From: Octopus sinensis
Taxonomy: Eukaryota
Direction: 5' to 3'
Assembly (NCBI RefSeq): GCF_006345805.1
Contig: NC_042997.1
Location: 173,166,001-173,230,000, forward strand
Length of the DNA stretch: 64,000 bases
Shown in pieces: positions 12,845-25,481 of this stretch. The notes below the pieces were generated by a model. It saw only the letters and a list, made by a program, of their open reading frames with translations, was not told the DNA's origin and did no database searches. Each line of letters opens with the position of its first letter. Position 1 is the first letter of the stretch. The position numbers were made by a program, and so were the translations under genes.

Positions 12845-13244
12845 GGTGCAGGAGTGGCTGTGTGGTAAGTAGCTTGTTTACCAACCACACGGTTCCGGGT
12901 TCAGTCCCACTGCATGGCACCTTGGGCAAGTGTCTTCTACTATAGCTTCGGGCCAACCAAAGCCTTGTGAGTGGATTTGGTAGACGGAAACTGAAAGAAA
13001 CCCGTCGTATATATGTATATATATGTGTGTGCGCGTGTATGTTTGTATGTCTGTGTTTGTCCCCCCAACACCGCTTGACAACCGATGCTGGTGTGTTTAC
13101 GTCCCCATCACTTAGCGGTTCGGCAAAAGAGACTGACAGAATAAGTACTGGGCTTATAAAGAATAAGTCCCGGGGTCGAGTTGCTCGATTAAAGGCGGTG
13201 CTCCAGCATGACCGCAGTCAAATGACTGAAACAAGTAAAAGAGA
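12845..13244 (+). mobile_element. SINE family A, young full length
   Basis: Near-identical to 7294-7696. Confidence 0.95.
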
Positions 13245-14368
13245 ACGAGAGAAAGAGAGTGAACGCAATGTCGGATAATGTCTGCAGCATATCAAAAAAA
13301 ATAATTGTAGATGGAATACCTTTGAATACCTTTAATCAGAAGTGACAGTCAGTTCAAGTTTAAGAGAAGCAGATGATTTTAAACAAAAATACTAAAATAT
13401 TTGTTGCTGTTGTTGTTGCTTAAGCTCCAGCTGTGTCCATCGTTTGTCTTTAGGGTAGATGTAGACCACTACCTGGCTCTTTAATCTGCTAGAAATAGAA
13501 GCCAAATTTTTCTTCAGATTACACTCCACTGTCTATGTAAGGAAAACTGCCATGGGATTCGTTGATATGCCATATAAACAGCAGCCAAAATATTCCTCAA
13601 ATCACATCCTTATATCTTTATTGATTCGTATAGACAAAAGGAATTGCGATTCGAGGATAAAATTTCACTATTTGTAGTAGGTTAGGCAACCACAGAGAGA
13701 GACAGAGAGAGAGAGAGAAAGAGAGGCTCTTATTGGACTTCCAAGTATTATTCTTAACATGCAGAAAGGGGAGCTGAACAAAACAAAAGCAAATAAAACA
13801 ACAAAAACAAAAAAAAAAAGAAGAGATAAAAACAAAACGAAAACAAACGCCAAATTTCATCAAAGAGTTCCTTGAACATACAAAGCCACTGAAGTATTTA
13901 CTCCGATTCTCTAATAACACTATGAATATTGTATTGCCTGCCAATTAACAATAGAAGCTGTGTTATATCCAAAGTTATTAAACAAATGTGGCACATTAAT
14001 ATTCAATAGTTTACTGAAAGCCATATTAAACAGCAATACACTGTTAATTAGTAAGTGTTTATGTCTTCAAATATTATTAACCTTTATGTTCAGCGCCATA
14101 AACACACGCTGACAGTTACTGCATTATGGCTGATGCATCATAAAAGCATATTATCCACAAAATGCTGCTGCACTTCTAGCTGACAAACTAGACTTGTAAT
14201 AATATTCCAACCCGTCTAACCATTTTATTACCATACATACAGTCTTGTTATTAGCCATGAAAAATTCTAAGAGTCAACTGCGTGTGTGTGTGTGTGTGTG
14301 TGTGTTTGCGTAGAAACTTCCTCCTTTATATGGGGAAATTTTAAATAATGTTAGCACAAGCATACACA

Positions 14369-14370
<2 letters not shown>

Positions 14371-14420
<50 letters not shown>

Positions 14421-14446
14421 GGTTTTCACACTCACATATACATATG

Positions 14447-14480
<34 letters not shown>

Positions 14481-14510
14481 TACATACATACATACATACA
14501 TACATATCGA
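14371..14510. repeat. Compound microsatellite (CT)n/(CA)n/(CATA)n
   Basis: Directly visible. Confidence 0.9.
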
Positions 14511-14529
14511 AATCGAATTGAACCAGCCA

Positions 14530-14864
14530 GGATCCCTGGTCTGGTGGTACGTAAAAAGCACTATCCAACTCGTGGTCGATGCCAGCGCCGCCTCGACTGG
14601 CTTCCGTGCCGGTGGCACATAAAATACACCAATCCGACCGTGGCCGTTGCCAGCCTCGCCTGGCACCTGTGCAGGTGGCACGTAAAAAGCACCCACTACA
14701 CTCATGGAGTGGTTGGCGTTAGGAAGGGCATCCAGCTGTAGAAACATTGCCAGATAAGACTGGAGCCTGGTGCAGCCTTCTGGCTTCCCAGATCCCCGGT
14801 CGAACCGTCCAACCCATGCTAGCATGGAGAACGGACGTTAAACGATGATGATGATGATGATGAT
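14530..14864 (+). mobile_element. SINE-like family C, young copy with (GAT)n tail
   Basis: Internal repeats of ggtggcacgtaaaaagcac, then ggcgttaggaagggcatccagctgtagaaac ... cggacgttaaacgatgatgatg. Confidence 0.9.
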
Positions 14865-16285
14865 ATATATGCAATACACAAATCCAGAATATACTTTGTA
14901 AATAATTCAAGATTGAAAAGTATTCTTTTATATGTATACCTGTTTTATTTAATTAGGGAGAGAGTGAGAGAGAGAAAGAGAAAGAGAAAAAGGGAAAAAT
15001 GCACAACTGCTCCAAGAGTTCCTTGGTTTAATATAGATGGAAAATGCAGATGCTACTAGTTCCACTATCCCAAAAAATGCCAATGTGTAGCATATAAAAC
15101 CAGGTGTTTCCAAAGTAATTTAGTATCACAAAAAAAATAAATAAATAAATAAAATAAAACTATTGTTGTTATTGTTGCTGTAGTAGTAATAGTAGTAGTA
15201 GTTATAATGTAATAAAGTTAGTTACAAAATTAAATTTACTTTACAACTATAATTTTACCAGACTCATTTGCTACAATAAACAAATAACATTTGAAAAAGG
15301 GTTTTTTTTTTTCTTTTTAACGTTGTAACAATGAAAGCTTATATCTTTCTTGTCAACTTCAATAAAAGGCAACACCAAAATTAATCTATTTTACTTGTTA
15401 AACAAAACTATTTTTTTGAAAAGAAAAGCTTAAAGACTGTGTTGTCATGCAATACAATTTCGGATAAAATAAGAAAGGTGGTAGCACAAGGAGGTAGAGG
15501 TGGGGGAATAAACAAACGGAATATAGTAGGGGAAAAAAAATTTCTAGCAGCTGTCTATGAATAGACGTAGTAGGAAACATAAAGGCAAGTGTTAAAGACG
15601 GAACCAGTTAACATTTATTGAGAAAGTAATTTGCTAACAATAACTAAAATCTAATAATAAAATTAATTAATCTTAGTTAAAACAGATGTGAAGGTCACTT
15701 AGAAAAGTTAATGCCAATTAGGAAGGAAAATCTATTTAGTTAATGAACTTATATCCATTGATAAATAAGGAGATACTTTCCCTCCTCACTATAGTCACCT
15801 AATGCATTAATATTAACATTATCAATGGGTTTAAACTCCCACGTGGCTTGAGTTTGCTCTTCATTCCTCCAAGGTTGATCAAATAAATATTTGCAAAAAT
15901 GGTGAATTTCTTTATCAGGAGTTTCCTTCCCAAAATGTGTAATCTGCTGAATTGAGAAACTGGAATGGTGAATAGTATGCCACGGACAATGATCAGGAGC
16001 AAGTGTACACTGTAACGTCTACAAGACTTCCAGAAGGCTGTTTATTACACATTTCTCCCAACAGCTTATCTCAATTTGGCAATACTGGGTCAAACAAAGA
16101 CCAAACTTTAGTACCTGGCATCTAAAATGTGACCAAACACAGTTCTTTATCTGCTGTGCCAATGTAGCCAGCAATATATCACCCCTTGCTTTCTGCAATT
16201 TTACATAAGATTAGTGGTTAGCAAAAGTAATGATATTCTAGTGGAGACTCTAGATATCAACAAAGATGTACACAACAGTAGGAAT

Positions 16286-16690
16286 AGGTGTAGGAGTGGC
16301 TGTGTGGTAAGTAGCTTGCTTACGAACCGCATGGTTCCGGGTTCAGTCCCACTGCATGGCACCTTGGGCAAGTGTCTTCTGCTATAGCCTCGGGCCGACC
16401 AAGGCCTTGTGAGTGGATTTGGTAGACGGAAACTGAATGAAGCCCGTCGTATATGTGTGTGTGTGTATGTATGTATGTATGTTTGTGTATGTCTGTGTTT
16501 GTCCCCCCAACATCACTTGACAACTGATGCTGGTGTGTTCACGTCCCCGTAACTTAGCAGTTCGGCAAAATAGACCAATAGAATAAGTACTAGGATTACA
16601 AAGAATAAGTCCTGGGATCGATTCATTCGACTAAAGGCGGTGCTCCAGCATGGCCACAGTCAAATGACTGAAACAAGTAAAAGAGTAAAA
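16286..16690 (+). mobile_element. SINE family A, full length
   Basis: Near-identical to 7294-7696. Confidence 0.95.
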
Positions 16691-17456
16691 AGCAAGTAAC
16701 AGTCTATTCCAAAGAATTTAAAGCTTGGTAACTATGGGAAACTTCTAGAAATCTCTAAATAACAGTGATACTAAGTGGAGGGTTGCTTTGGTTGTCCAGG
16801 ATAAACTCTCCAGGCTTACACAAGTTTTCAGCCAAACTTGCTCAGTATTTTTTACACAAAGTTATGCTGAGCAGGACAAATCCAGTTATCTGCTGAGTCC
16901 ATTGTGCAAATCAACTTGCCAACCTTCTTTAACCAGGAAGGGCAGGCAAGTTTTCTTTTTGCCTTTATCTACTAGCTATGACAGGATCGAAAAGATTGGG
17001 GACAGACACTTTCTTCTTTGGCTAAATTCACAACTTCAAGTTCCATCTTTAGACAAAGCGAAACAAGAGAAAAACAGTAATGCCTGCCAGTAAATTTACT
17101 GAAAGACAAGCAAGAGTGGTGAGCATGACTCAAACTAGGGTGTCTCCTAGTATGCTGCTGTAAGGCTAGTAAACACAGCTGGGAAAATGCACTCGCTCTG
17201 ACAGAGTAATCAGGATTTAACGAGGTTCCCTGATTGCCTTCAGATTGTTGTTGTCTAATTGTGACATTTTGCTTTATTATTCTGCTATTTTCATGCTAAC
17301 TTTCTCAGGCTCGGTTCTATATAAATTCAAATATTTGTAATTTATCACTGTATAATAACCCTCACCAACTACTGTTGTAGCTAATAAAACAAACATCCTC
17401 ATCATCACTTATTGTTGGTTGTTATTATTATTATTATCATTATTATTATTATTATT

Positions 17457-17660
17457 AAGGCAAAGAACTGGCAGAATCACTAGGGTGTTGGAAAAAGTGT
17501 CTTTTATTAGTATTCGTTCTGGCTTTAAAGTTCTGAGTTCAAATCTTACCTCAGTCAACTTTGCCTTTCATACTTTCAGGGTCAATAAAAAAGGGGGCTT
17601 GGCGATACTGACTAACAACCCTCACTGCAAAAATGCTGACTTTGTGCCTAAATCAGAAAC
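17457..17660 (+). mobile_element. SINE family B, older subfamily
   Basis: aaggcaaagaactggcagaa head, gtcaactttgcctttcat core; (ATT)n on both sides. Confidence 0.75.
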
Positions 17661-18298
17661 GTTATTATTATCATTGTTGTTGTCATTGTTAGCACTACTG
17701 TATCACTGAAAAGTGGTTCTTTGGATTCACTGGCACCACATTCTTGGCAATAATGTGTGTTGATTTCCTTCCAAACATTCCATTAACCTCAATCGTGCTT
17801 TTCTGTTTGTTTGTTTATTGTTTGTTTGTGTATGTATGTACATATATTAAATTATTTGTTTAGTGCCAGGTCAACCATGATTGGGCTGACCCTATGATCA
17901 AAGGCATTCTAGCAGAGAACATTCTATGTTTTTAGGGATATACACTATATTACCCATTTTTATTAAGACAGCAGGGTGATATGAGAGAGCCTTGGCAGTT
18001 ATTCCAATATGACCAAACAACTGTATACAAAGTTTGTAACAGACATTGTACGCACTTCTCAACACTAACATGTATTAGAGGGACTTGTGGAAATCCCATT
18101 TTATAAACTTACTACTTTCTGTTTTCAAGCTTAGATTTACAGATCTTTATAATAATGTTTCTTTATGCTAAATATTTTGAATGCGTCTTCAATTTCATTC
18201 TACAGTTAAGTTTATATAGAGGAGAGGTCTCCCACATCAGTGCTTTAGCACTTATCAAACTAGTTACAAATCAAGGGGTTGTGAATCTGTAATACCGG

Positions 18299-18525
18299 TG
18301 CCTTAAGTGTTTAAACCAGCCATATTCGGCCCAAATATTCTACATGCTTTATATTCAAACTGGCGATATCTAGCCTCTCACACCTAACCTACATTGATAT
18401 TCTAAAAATAAACTATCACATCATTGAAACCTCAAAAGCTATAAGACAATGCAGAATTCATTTAAAACAATTTGAATTTAAAAAATATTACATTTAACAG
18501 AGTAATCTGAACACTAAAGGGTTAA
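18299..18525. mobile_element. piggyBac-type MITE, family F
   Basis: Ends gtaatctgaacactaaaggg|ttaa; reverse complement of 52663-52903. Confidence 0.75.
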
Positions 18526-18697
18526 AACTAAACAATCATCCCTAATTACCAGCAGGGACTGAGAAGAAACAAGCAGAAAATAAATCATAGGCAAACATAT
18601 TTGTTGATGAACTGATTGTTTTATATATATCATATAAAGTTTCTGACTACATAGTTTGTGTTGCTTCTTCTTTCAACCTTTTTGATACCAATCTACC

Positions 18698-19028
18698 TTG
18701 GCCCTTTCAGGAAAATAAATTTCATAGGTGTAGAATCACAGGAAGGTTTCCAGAGAAAATTGACTTTGTATGTGGAATGTAAGAGCAATAAATAAATACA
18801 GGAAATAGATATTTTCAAAATGCCCTGAAGGATTCCTAGAGGTAGTAAGATAGCTTCTGTTAACTAGGTAACCTAATTAGCACTGGCGGAGAATGTTCTG
18901 AAAGTATAGTAACCAGGGTAAAATAAAATCAGGCTAGGGAAAAGTTCAGAGAGATGTCACCACTGTGGGCTGCAAAAGGAGAGTAGACAACTGTATGATG
19001 TTTGTGTACAAACTGCAATGCTATAAGG
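18698..19028 (+). repeat. Left arm of long inverted repeat
   Basis: Reverse complement of 23307-23633 with 4 substitutions and one 4-nt (aaat) indel by manual alignment. Confidence 0.95.
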
Positions 19029-19049
19029 ACACAAAAGCACACTTGATTC

Positions 19050-19238
19050 TAAGATAGAAACTTTGTGTTTTAAGTTTTAAAGTGTTTTAGGACTTCCATC
19101 AACATTTCCTGTTAATTATTGTTTCAAACACTAGATTAATAACAGCAAAGCTATTTTACAAACTTTCTCCATTATTTTCAAAATTAATTGAAACAAATGC
19201 AGTGTATTTTCAATGGAAAATACAAACAAAATGGTTAA
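19050..19238. mobile_element. Older relative of MITE family G
   Basis: cactagattaataacagcaaagctattttac...aattgaaacaaatgcagtgtattt...aaaatggttaa. Confidence 0.55.
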
Positions 19239-19931
19239 GATAGTAGGATATGACTGAAGAGCAATTTAGCAACCATATAAACGATCCTGTTTTCACAAGT
19301 GATTTTAAAAGGCATACTTGCTACTAAATGCTATAAAAAAATTAAATAAATTTTTTTTTTAAAAGTGTTGTAAGTAACAGCTTATGAGTTGTATCATATC
19401 GACTCAAGCAGACATAATTAATCAGGATTTTTTTTCTATTTGCTTGCCTGGTGTTTCTTTTTTTTTATTTTATTTATACGCCATTAAGATTAATCAATAT
19501 AAATTTGATAAAGGGATTAATTAAAAACAAATATGAACAAGTGTATTCTTGGAGATTTCAAAAGAAATACATTGATTTTAGTTATAAACAGATTAAAAGA
19601 TAAACACCAGTTTACAAGTAACCTATTTCTTGAGCTTGTTTACACCCAAATCAATCCTGATCAAGCAGAATATGATCAAAGTTGTTTTCGTTGTAACCAT
19701 TCCATGTTATTTCCCCCAAACACAGCAGCCAGTATCTTTCCTTTTAACATAACAGGATGTGATAAGGGAGACTTAGCTGCCATTTCTAGCAAGTAGTCAG
19801 ATACAAGCTCCCTGTAGCTTGTTCATAGCAGTAGTTATTTTAGCACTGGTCAGCTCTGATCTATCAGATTTATGACCAAAAGTGCTTCATCTATGAGTTT
19901 CTCCCACCCCCACCGCCCTTTTTGCTTCTAG

Positions 19932-20250
19932 GCACAGGTATGGCTGTGTGGTAAGGTGTTTGGTTCCCAATCACATGGTTCCAGATTCAGTTGTACTGTG
20001 TAACACCTTTGGCAAGTGACATCAATTATATAGCCTTGGGTCAACCACAGCCTTGAGTAGATGAGTATGCATCATGTTTGACCCCTCCAGCACTGGACAA
20101 AGGTGCTGGTTTAAGTCCTTATAACTTAGGAGTTTGACACAAGAGACTGATAAAATAAATATATACTATGGTTCATTTGTTTAATCAAAACTCTTCAAAG
20201 TGATGCCCCAGAATGGCCACAGTCCAATGACTAGAACAAGTAAAAGATAT
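19932..20250 (+). mobile_element. Degenerate SINE family A
   Basis: ggcacaggtatggctgtgtggtaag head; tail gactagaacaagtaaaagata. Confidence 0.75.
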
Positions 20251-20262
20251 ATTTACAACTAT

Positions 20263-20503
20263 TGGCATGTAAAAAGCACCAACTGATCGTGGCTGTTGCC
20301 AGCCTCCCCTGGCACCTGTGCCAGTGGCACGTAAAAAGCACCCACTACACTCACGGAGTTGTTGGCGTTAGGAAGGGCATCCAGCTGTAGAAACACTGCG
20401 AGATCAGACTGGAGCCTGGTGCAGCCTCCTGGCTTCCCAGACCCCGGTCGAACTGTCCAACCCATACTAGTATGGAAAGCGGACATTAAACGATGATGAT
20501 GAT
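20263..20503 (+). mobile_element. SINE-like family C
   Basis: Matches 14530-14864; ends aaacgatgatgatgat. Confidence 0.88.
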
Positions 20504-22599
20504 TACCAAATACCCCCATTTTTTAAGCTAGTAGGATATGATTTGAAGGAATTTTAGCTGTTATTTCTAGTAAGCTGGACGTCTCTTATTTGCTCAATTG
20601 CAATTTGCTTTCCAGCATTGATTGGAAGAAGGTTTAATATCCAGAGCTAATGCCTTCGTAGAAAGACATCTATGTCAGTCAGCTAATATATTCTAGATAT
20701 CAGATGGTAGTGGTGGATGTGAAATGTTAAATTAATCCCACGTTTGCCCTAATGAAGATGGAAAAGAGAAAAAGAAAGATAAAGCCAGGAAGGAAAAACC
20801 AGAAATAAACATTGAAAGAAGATCATGTAAAAATAAAAAAAGAATTTTTTAAAAAATCAACTAATCTTCTTCAAATCCAAGATTCATGGATAACCTGCGA
20901 GTCTTATTTCTAAGGCTTGCAATGAAAATAAACAAAATTTTTTTGAAAAAAATTAAAAAAATTTGAAAGTTACTTTTAAATGACCTGGAAAGATATTTTC
21001 AAAATGGTAAAAAGTGAAATCTAAAGAAGACATATGAAAATGTCCTGATTTTATGAATTTCTAAAATAAATAAATTAAAAAAAAAAAAAAACAGAAGTAA
21101 GGTTGGAGCATAAGCTGCTTCTAGAAATGGGATATCATTTAATGAAGCATCACCAATGACACTGTTGCTAAGAGAATTATTTTGGTTTGCTCGTATAAAT
21201 TCACTTTCTTCATAGTGACTAACGACTACCACAACAAACTCTTCCCTGATTAGATGCAGCCAATGATTCCACTGCATTAAATTAAACCATATTTTAACAA
21301 ACTTCAAACGAAACAAATGCTTCATTAATTTCCAAGCTGTATTCTCATGAAAATGAAATTATTCTATCAGGAAACATAAAGACAAAGAAAGCAAATATAG
21401 CATTACTTATAAGACAAGGTTGGTTTCCTTTCTCTCTTTTTCTCATTTCTATTTTCCTCTTATAGAGATTTTAATTTCCTCCTACACATTACTATTAATT
21501 ACTGCATTGGATTACTTAACTAAAAATTCTTAATCTGCCAAATTAAAGTTTTCAAAAAAAAATGGCCTGCAAACATATTAATGAAAAATAACGTAACCAA
21601 ATACTAATTATTAAAGGAATTTAAGCTCAGATTAGTTTTTTTTGCTTTCTATTTTTTTAATTCAATTTAAGATTTTCTAGTTGTTGCTCAATATAAATTA
21701 GGTCTTATCTACTTATCTACTCATCGAAAAAAGATCTACTTGAAACATAATATTAAGAAAAACATCACAGTATGTGTCACATAGCGAATGGTGGTATGTT
21801 TTAAGTGAACTGTGACCGAAAGTGAGCTTTTGATTTGCAGTAAATCTATTCTCACTTTTTATTATTATTTTTCTTTTTTTTGGATTACTAAAGTGTGTAG
21901 TCTACAATTCTGTAAATATGAAGATTTAAATGTAATGGAGAGGGTATTTTCATCGTTATTTAATGTCTACCTTCCATGTGGGCATAAGTTGGGCCATTTA
22001 ACAGATCTGACAAGTTCAGAGATCTGCTGAGCACCAGTGTCTGTTTTCTCATGGTTTCTATAACTGGATGTCCTTCCTAACACCAACCACTTTATAGAGT
22101 ACAGTTTTTTTTTATTTTTTTTTTTTTTTAGGGGGAATATCAGCAGTAATGAGGTTGTCATATAACTTGAAAGTCTCTTTAAATGAGTGGGAGTATAATA
22201 GAGAGGGGGACTGATTTATACTAAGTGTTGAGATGTTAATGTACAATAGAGGTATAGGAACAAGTCTGTTGCCGGAGAGGACACACATGGCTAACTACCC
22301 TGCATTATACAAAGATGAGTGAGAGAAACTGTGGTGGAGCTGAAAAAGAAGCTTATGCAGATGATGTGGTGTCAGAATATATTCTCAAGGTACAAATTAA
22401 TTGAAGTGAGAGAGAGAATGGGGACATAAGATCAGGAAGGGTTGGTAAGAATGTGAGAAGATTCAGAGCAGGTCAGAGATAGGGGTAAATGCAGTTAATG
22501 GAGCAAGAATAAAAGGGTGTGTAGGTGAGAAAAACTGAGAGATGGCTGTCCTTAGAAGTGACTCAGGAGAGGATGTGATGATCAGCAGTAGAGAAAGGG

Positions 22600-22726
22600 T
22601 GAAAGTCAGAAACTCTGCCAGATCAAAATTGGAGCCTGGTGCAGCCATCTGGTTCGCCAGCCCCCAGTCAAATTGTCTAACCCATACTAGCATGGAAAGC
22701 GGACGTTAAACGATGATGATGATGAT
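22600..22726 (+). mobile_element. SINE-like family C, 3' fragment
   Basis: agaaactctgccagatc...gcggacgttaaacgatgatgatgatgat. Confidence 0.8.
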
Positions 22727-22899
22727 AGGGGAAAAAATGAGAAATGGGTAGGTGGCAGGTGGAGAGGGTAGGTAAAGGTTGCAACAGAGTGAAATGCAAG
22801 GAGAGTGAGCAGCATAAAGTGATTGGATTGGAGAATGTCAAAAGGTGCACACTACATCTCATTTCTCTTATGCTCAGTTTTTCACTCAACATTTTGTAC

Positions 22900-23113
22900 T
22901 CATTTTCTTTTTGTGCCTTATAATTTAACACACTCACCTGTAAAATTTCCACTTGTTTCTTATTTTTATTTTCCTAAAATTTTCGTTGCGTCTTGCAACC
23001 TTTTCAATAGTCTTGAAAAGGTTGCAAGATGCAACAAAAATTTTAGGAAAATAAAAATAAGTGGAAATTTTACCAGTGAGTGTGTTACATTATAAAAGAC
23101 AAAAAGAAAATGA
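22900..23113. repeat. Foldback palindrome (~105-bp arms, 5-nt loop)
   Basis: Arms meet at ttgcaaccttttcaa-tagtc-ttgaaaaggttgcaa (loop 23008-23012); a few mismatches and a 7-nt indel. Confidence 0.92.
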
Positions 23114-23266
23114 CTCTCCCCAGACACAACGGATTATGCTTCAACACACGAACTCATATAAAGAATCTTGCAAACCAAATCCCAAAACGAAATATATAGT
23201 ACTCAGTTATTCATGAAGACACACAATGCACATTCAGTTGAGGATGTTTCTTTCATTTCTCTCTAG

Positions 23267-23290
23267 TCGTTACAAGCCTCCTGCGTTCAG
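23267..23290 (+). CDS. Candidate 24-nt microexon
   Basis: tttctttcatttctctctag|TCGTTACAAGCCTCCTGCGTTCAG|gtccca; open in all three phases, two CpGs; donor weak at +3 to +6. Confidence 0.33.
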
Positions 23291-23306
23291 GTCCCATGTC
23301 TTATTA

Positions 23307-23633
23307 CCTTATAGTATTGCAGTTTCTACACAAACATCATACAGTTGTCTACTCTCCTTTTGCAGCCCACACTGGTGACATCTCTCTGAACTTTTCCCTA
23401 GCCTGATTTTATTTTACCCTGGTTACTATAATTTCAGAACATTCTCCGCCAGTGCTAATTAGGTTACCTAGTTAACAGAAGCTATCTTACTACCTCTAGG
23501 AATCCTTCAGGGCATTTTGAAAATATCTATTTCCTGTATTTATTGCTCTTACATTCCACATACAAAGTCAATTTTCTCTGGAAACCTTCCTGTGATTCTA
23601 CACCTATGAAATTTATTTTCCTGAAAGGGCCAA
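23307..23633 (-). repeat. Right arm of long inverted repeat
   Basis: See 18698-19028. Confidence 0.95.
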
Positions 23634-23943
23634 CAATGAAAAATATAGCTGTGACCATATTATCCATTGCAAAGTGGCCCTTCCTTTTGGAAGACACTAT
23701 AGTGTGCTGTAAGAGGTTTAGCTACTGTTTCTAGTGAACTGAGTGGCCACAAGCACAATTTAAATTCAGTAAGTTTTAATTTTATTTAAACAATCAAGAG
23801 AAACTGAAGAAACAAGAGAATATACAAATAAAAGGAAAAAGAAAACAACTGTGGACCACTTGGGTGGCATACTGACCAAGATTTGTAGATGCCTCTAGCA
23901 AGTAAAACTAAATATTTTGATAAAAAGTTCATCACAAAAAAGA

Positions 23944-23984
<41 letters not shown>

Positions 23985-24203
23985 ACACACACACACACAC
24001 AAGATTTAAAAACTAAGTAGCATGGAATGTAAAAATTTAGAAATTATAGTCATTACAAACAGAGATTCTACTTGATCCCTATTCCACATGTCAGAGAGAA
24101 AAAGTGAAGGTATATTTCAAACTTATTGCAGTAAATAAACTTCACTGAGCATAAAAGTTGTTTAAAACGCTGAATCTATTTACACTCATTTGCTGCTGTC
24201 TAG

Positions 24204-24209
24204 TTCCAG
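24204..24209 (+). CDS. Candidate 6-nt microexon (TTCCAG)
   Basis: actcatttgctgctgtctag|TTCCAG|gtaagc: TGC motifs just upstream of the AG, ~45-nt AG-free zone, consensus donor. Confidence 0.43.
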
Positions 24210-24469
24210 GTAAGCTCCCAACTGAACAGATTAATAAATGGAAGTATAAAAATAAAAATAAAAAAAAAAGACTCGCTAGTGTTTTGAAGACACCAACATT
24301 TATTTATGAAAAAAAAAAGTTTAAAATCATGAATGGGTGCAGGCATGGCTGTGTAGTTAAGAAAGCTCACTTTGCAGCTTTTGAGTTCAATCCCAATGCA
24401 CACCACCTGTATCTTCAAATATAGCCTCAGGTCAACCAATGTCTTGAGAATGAATTTGGTAAATGGATA

Positions 24470-24500
<31 letters not shown>

Positions 24501-24696
24501 ATATCATAATATATATATTTTATTATTTAATTGAATGCAATGCAGCCATTCCCAAGTGTGTGTGTGTGTGTGTGTGTATATATATTAGTTGAAGTTTACA
24601 GAAAAACAAAAGACGAAGACAGGTGTATAAACAACATGACTGGAGTTTCTTTGATCGAAGGTAACCTGTGGCTAAACAACAGAGAACAAATCATCA

Positions 24697-24880
24697 TCAC
24701 CATTCTAATATCCACATTTTGATTCTTGCATGGCTCTCATGGAGTTTATTGAGGCATATTTTCTATGGCCAAATGCCCTTCTTATCGCCAAGCATGAAAA
24801 TATTTCTTCACGGCCAGACATGTTTTACACAGAATATTGCAAATGACTGACATTCATTTATAACAATCACACAATGACAA
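24697..24880 (-). mobile_element. SINE-like family D fragment
   Basis: catcaccattctaatatccacattttgattcttgcatgg...ggccaaatgcccttcttatcgcc. Confidence 0.65.
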
Positions 24881-25250
24881 AACAAGGAGGCACAAAAATA
24901 CACATGTACGTGACAGGCTTCTTTCAGTTTCCATCTACAAAGTCCACTCACAAGACATATGCCCAAGAAGCTACACAGTGGAACTGAACCTCAAACCATC
25001 TGATTAGGAAGCAAACTTCTTAGCCACACAGCCATTTATGTACTGATGCTAAGGTGATCAATGTAATATAACAGAAGCAGAATCACTTAAGATATGTCTT
25101 AACTTAGAATCCAATTATATAGAGAGAAACTTAAGCAGTCTCCTTTTTTCACATATCAGTCCAAGATTACTCTTAACTTTTTTTTTAGTTGTCAATTTGA
25201 ATAAAAATGACTGCAATACAGATATTATAAGGCATATGAGCTGGTAATCA

Positions 25251-25481
25251 TTAATCCTTTTGTTACCAACCCAGCTGAAACCGGCTCTGGCTCTGTTGTA
25301 CAAATGTCGTGTTTTTTTTTAAGGCTTTAATTAAAATCTTCCACCAAACCTTAGTCACAATTTATGTTCCTAATACAAGCTGAATGATAACTAAGTTATT
25401 TTACTAAATTCTTTGCTATATTTTAAGTAATTGAAAAAAACATAGAACATCTCTAAATAAATACAGTAACGAAAGGGTTAA
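25251..25481. mobile_element. piggyBac-type MITE, family G
   Basis: TTAA-tccttttgttacc ... cagtaacgaaaggg-TTAA; opposite orientation to 2151-2380. Confidence 0.9.

Noticed and set aside
14530-14700. CRISPR-like repeat/spacer pattern (ggcacgtaaaaagcac units)
   Set aside because: Irregular internal repeats of the family C SINE, present in every copy; eukaryotic context, no cas genes.
22200-22600. LINE reverse-transcriptase relic (YADD, VRERMG)
   Set aside because: Only two short motifs, with stops and no supporting flanking motifs; needs blastx.
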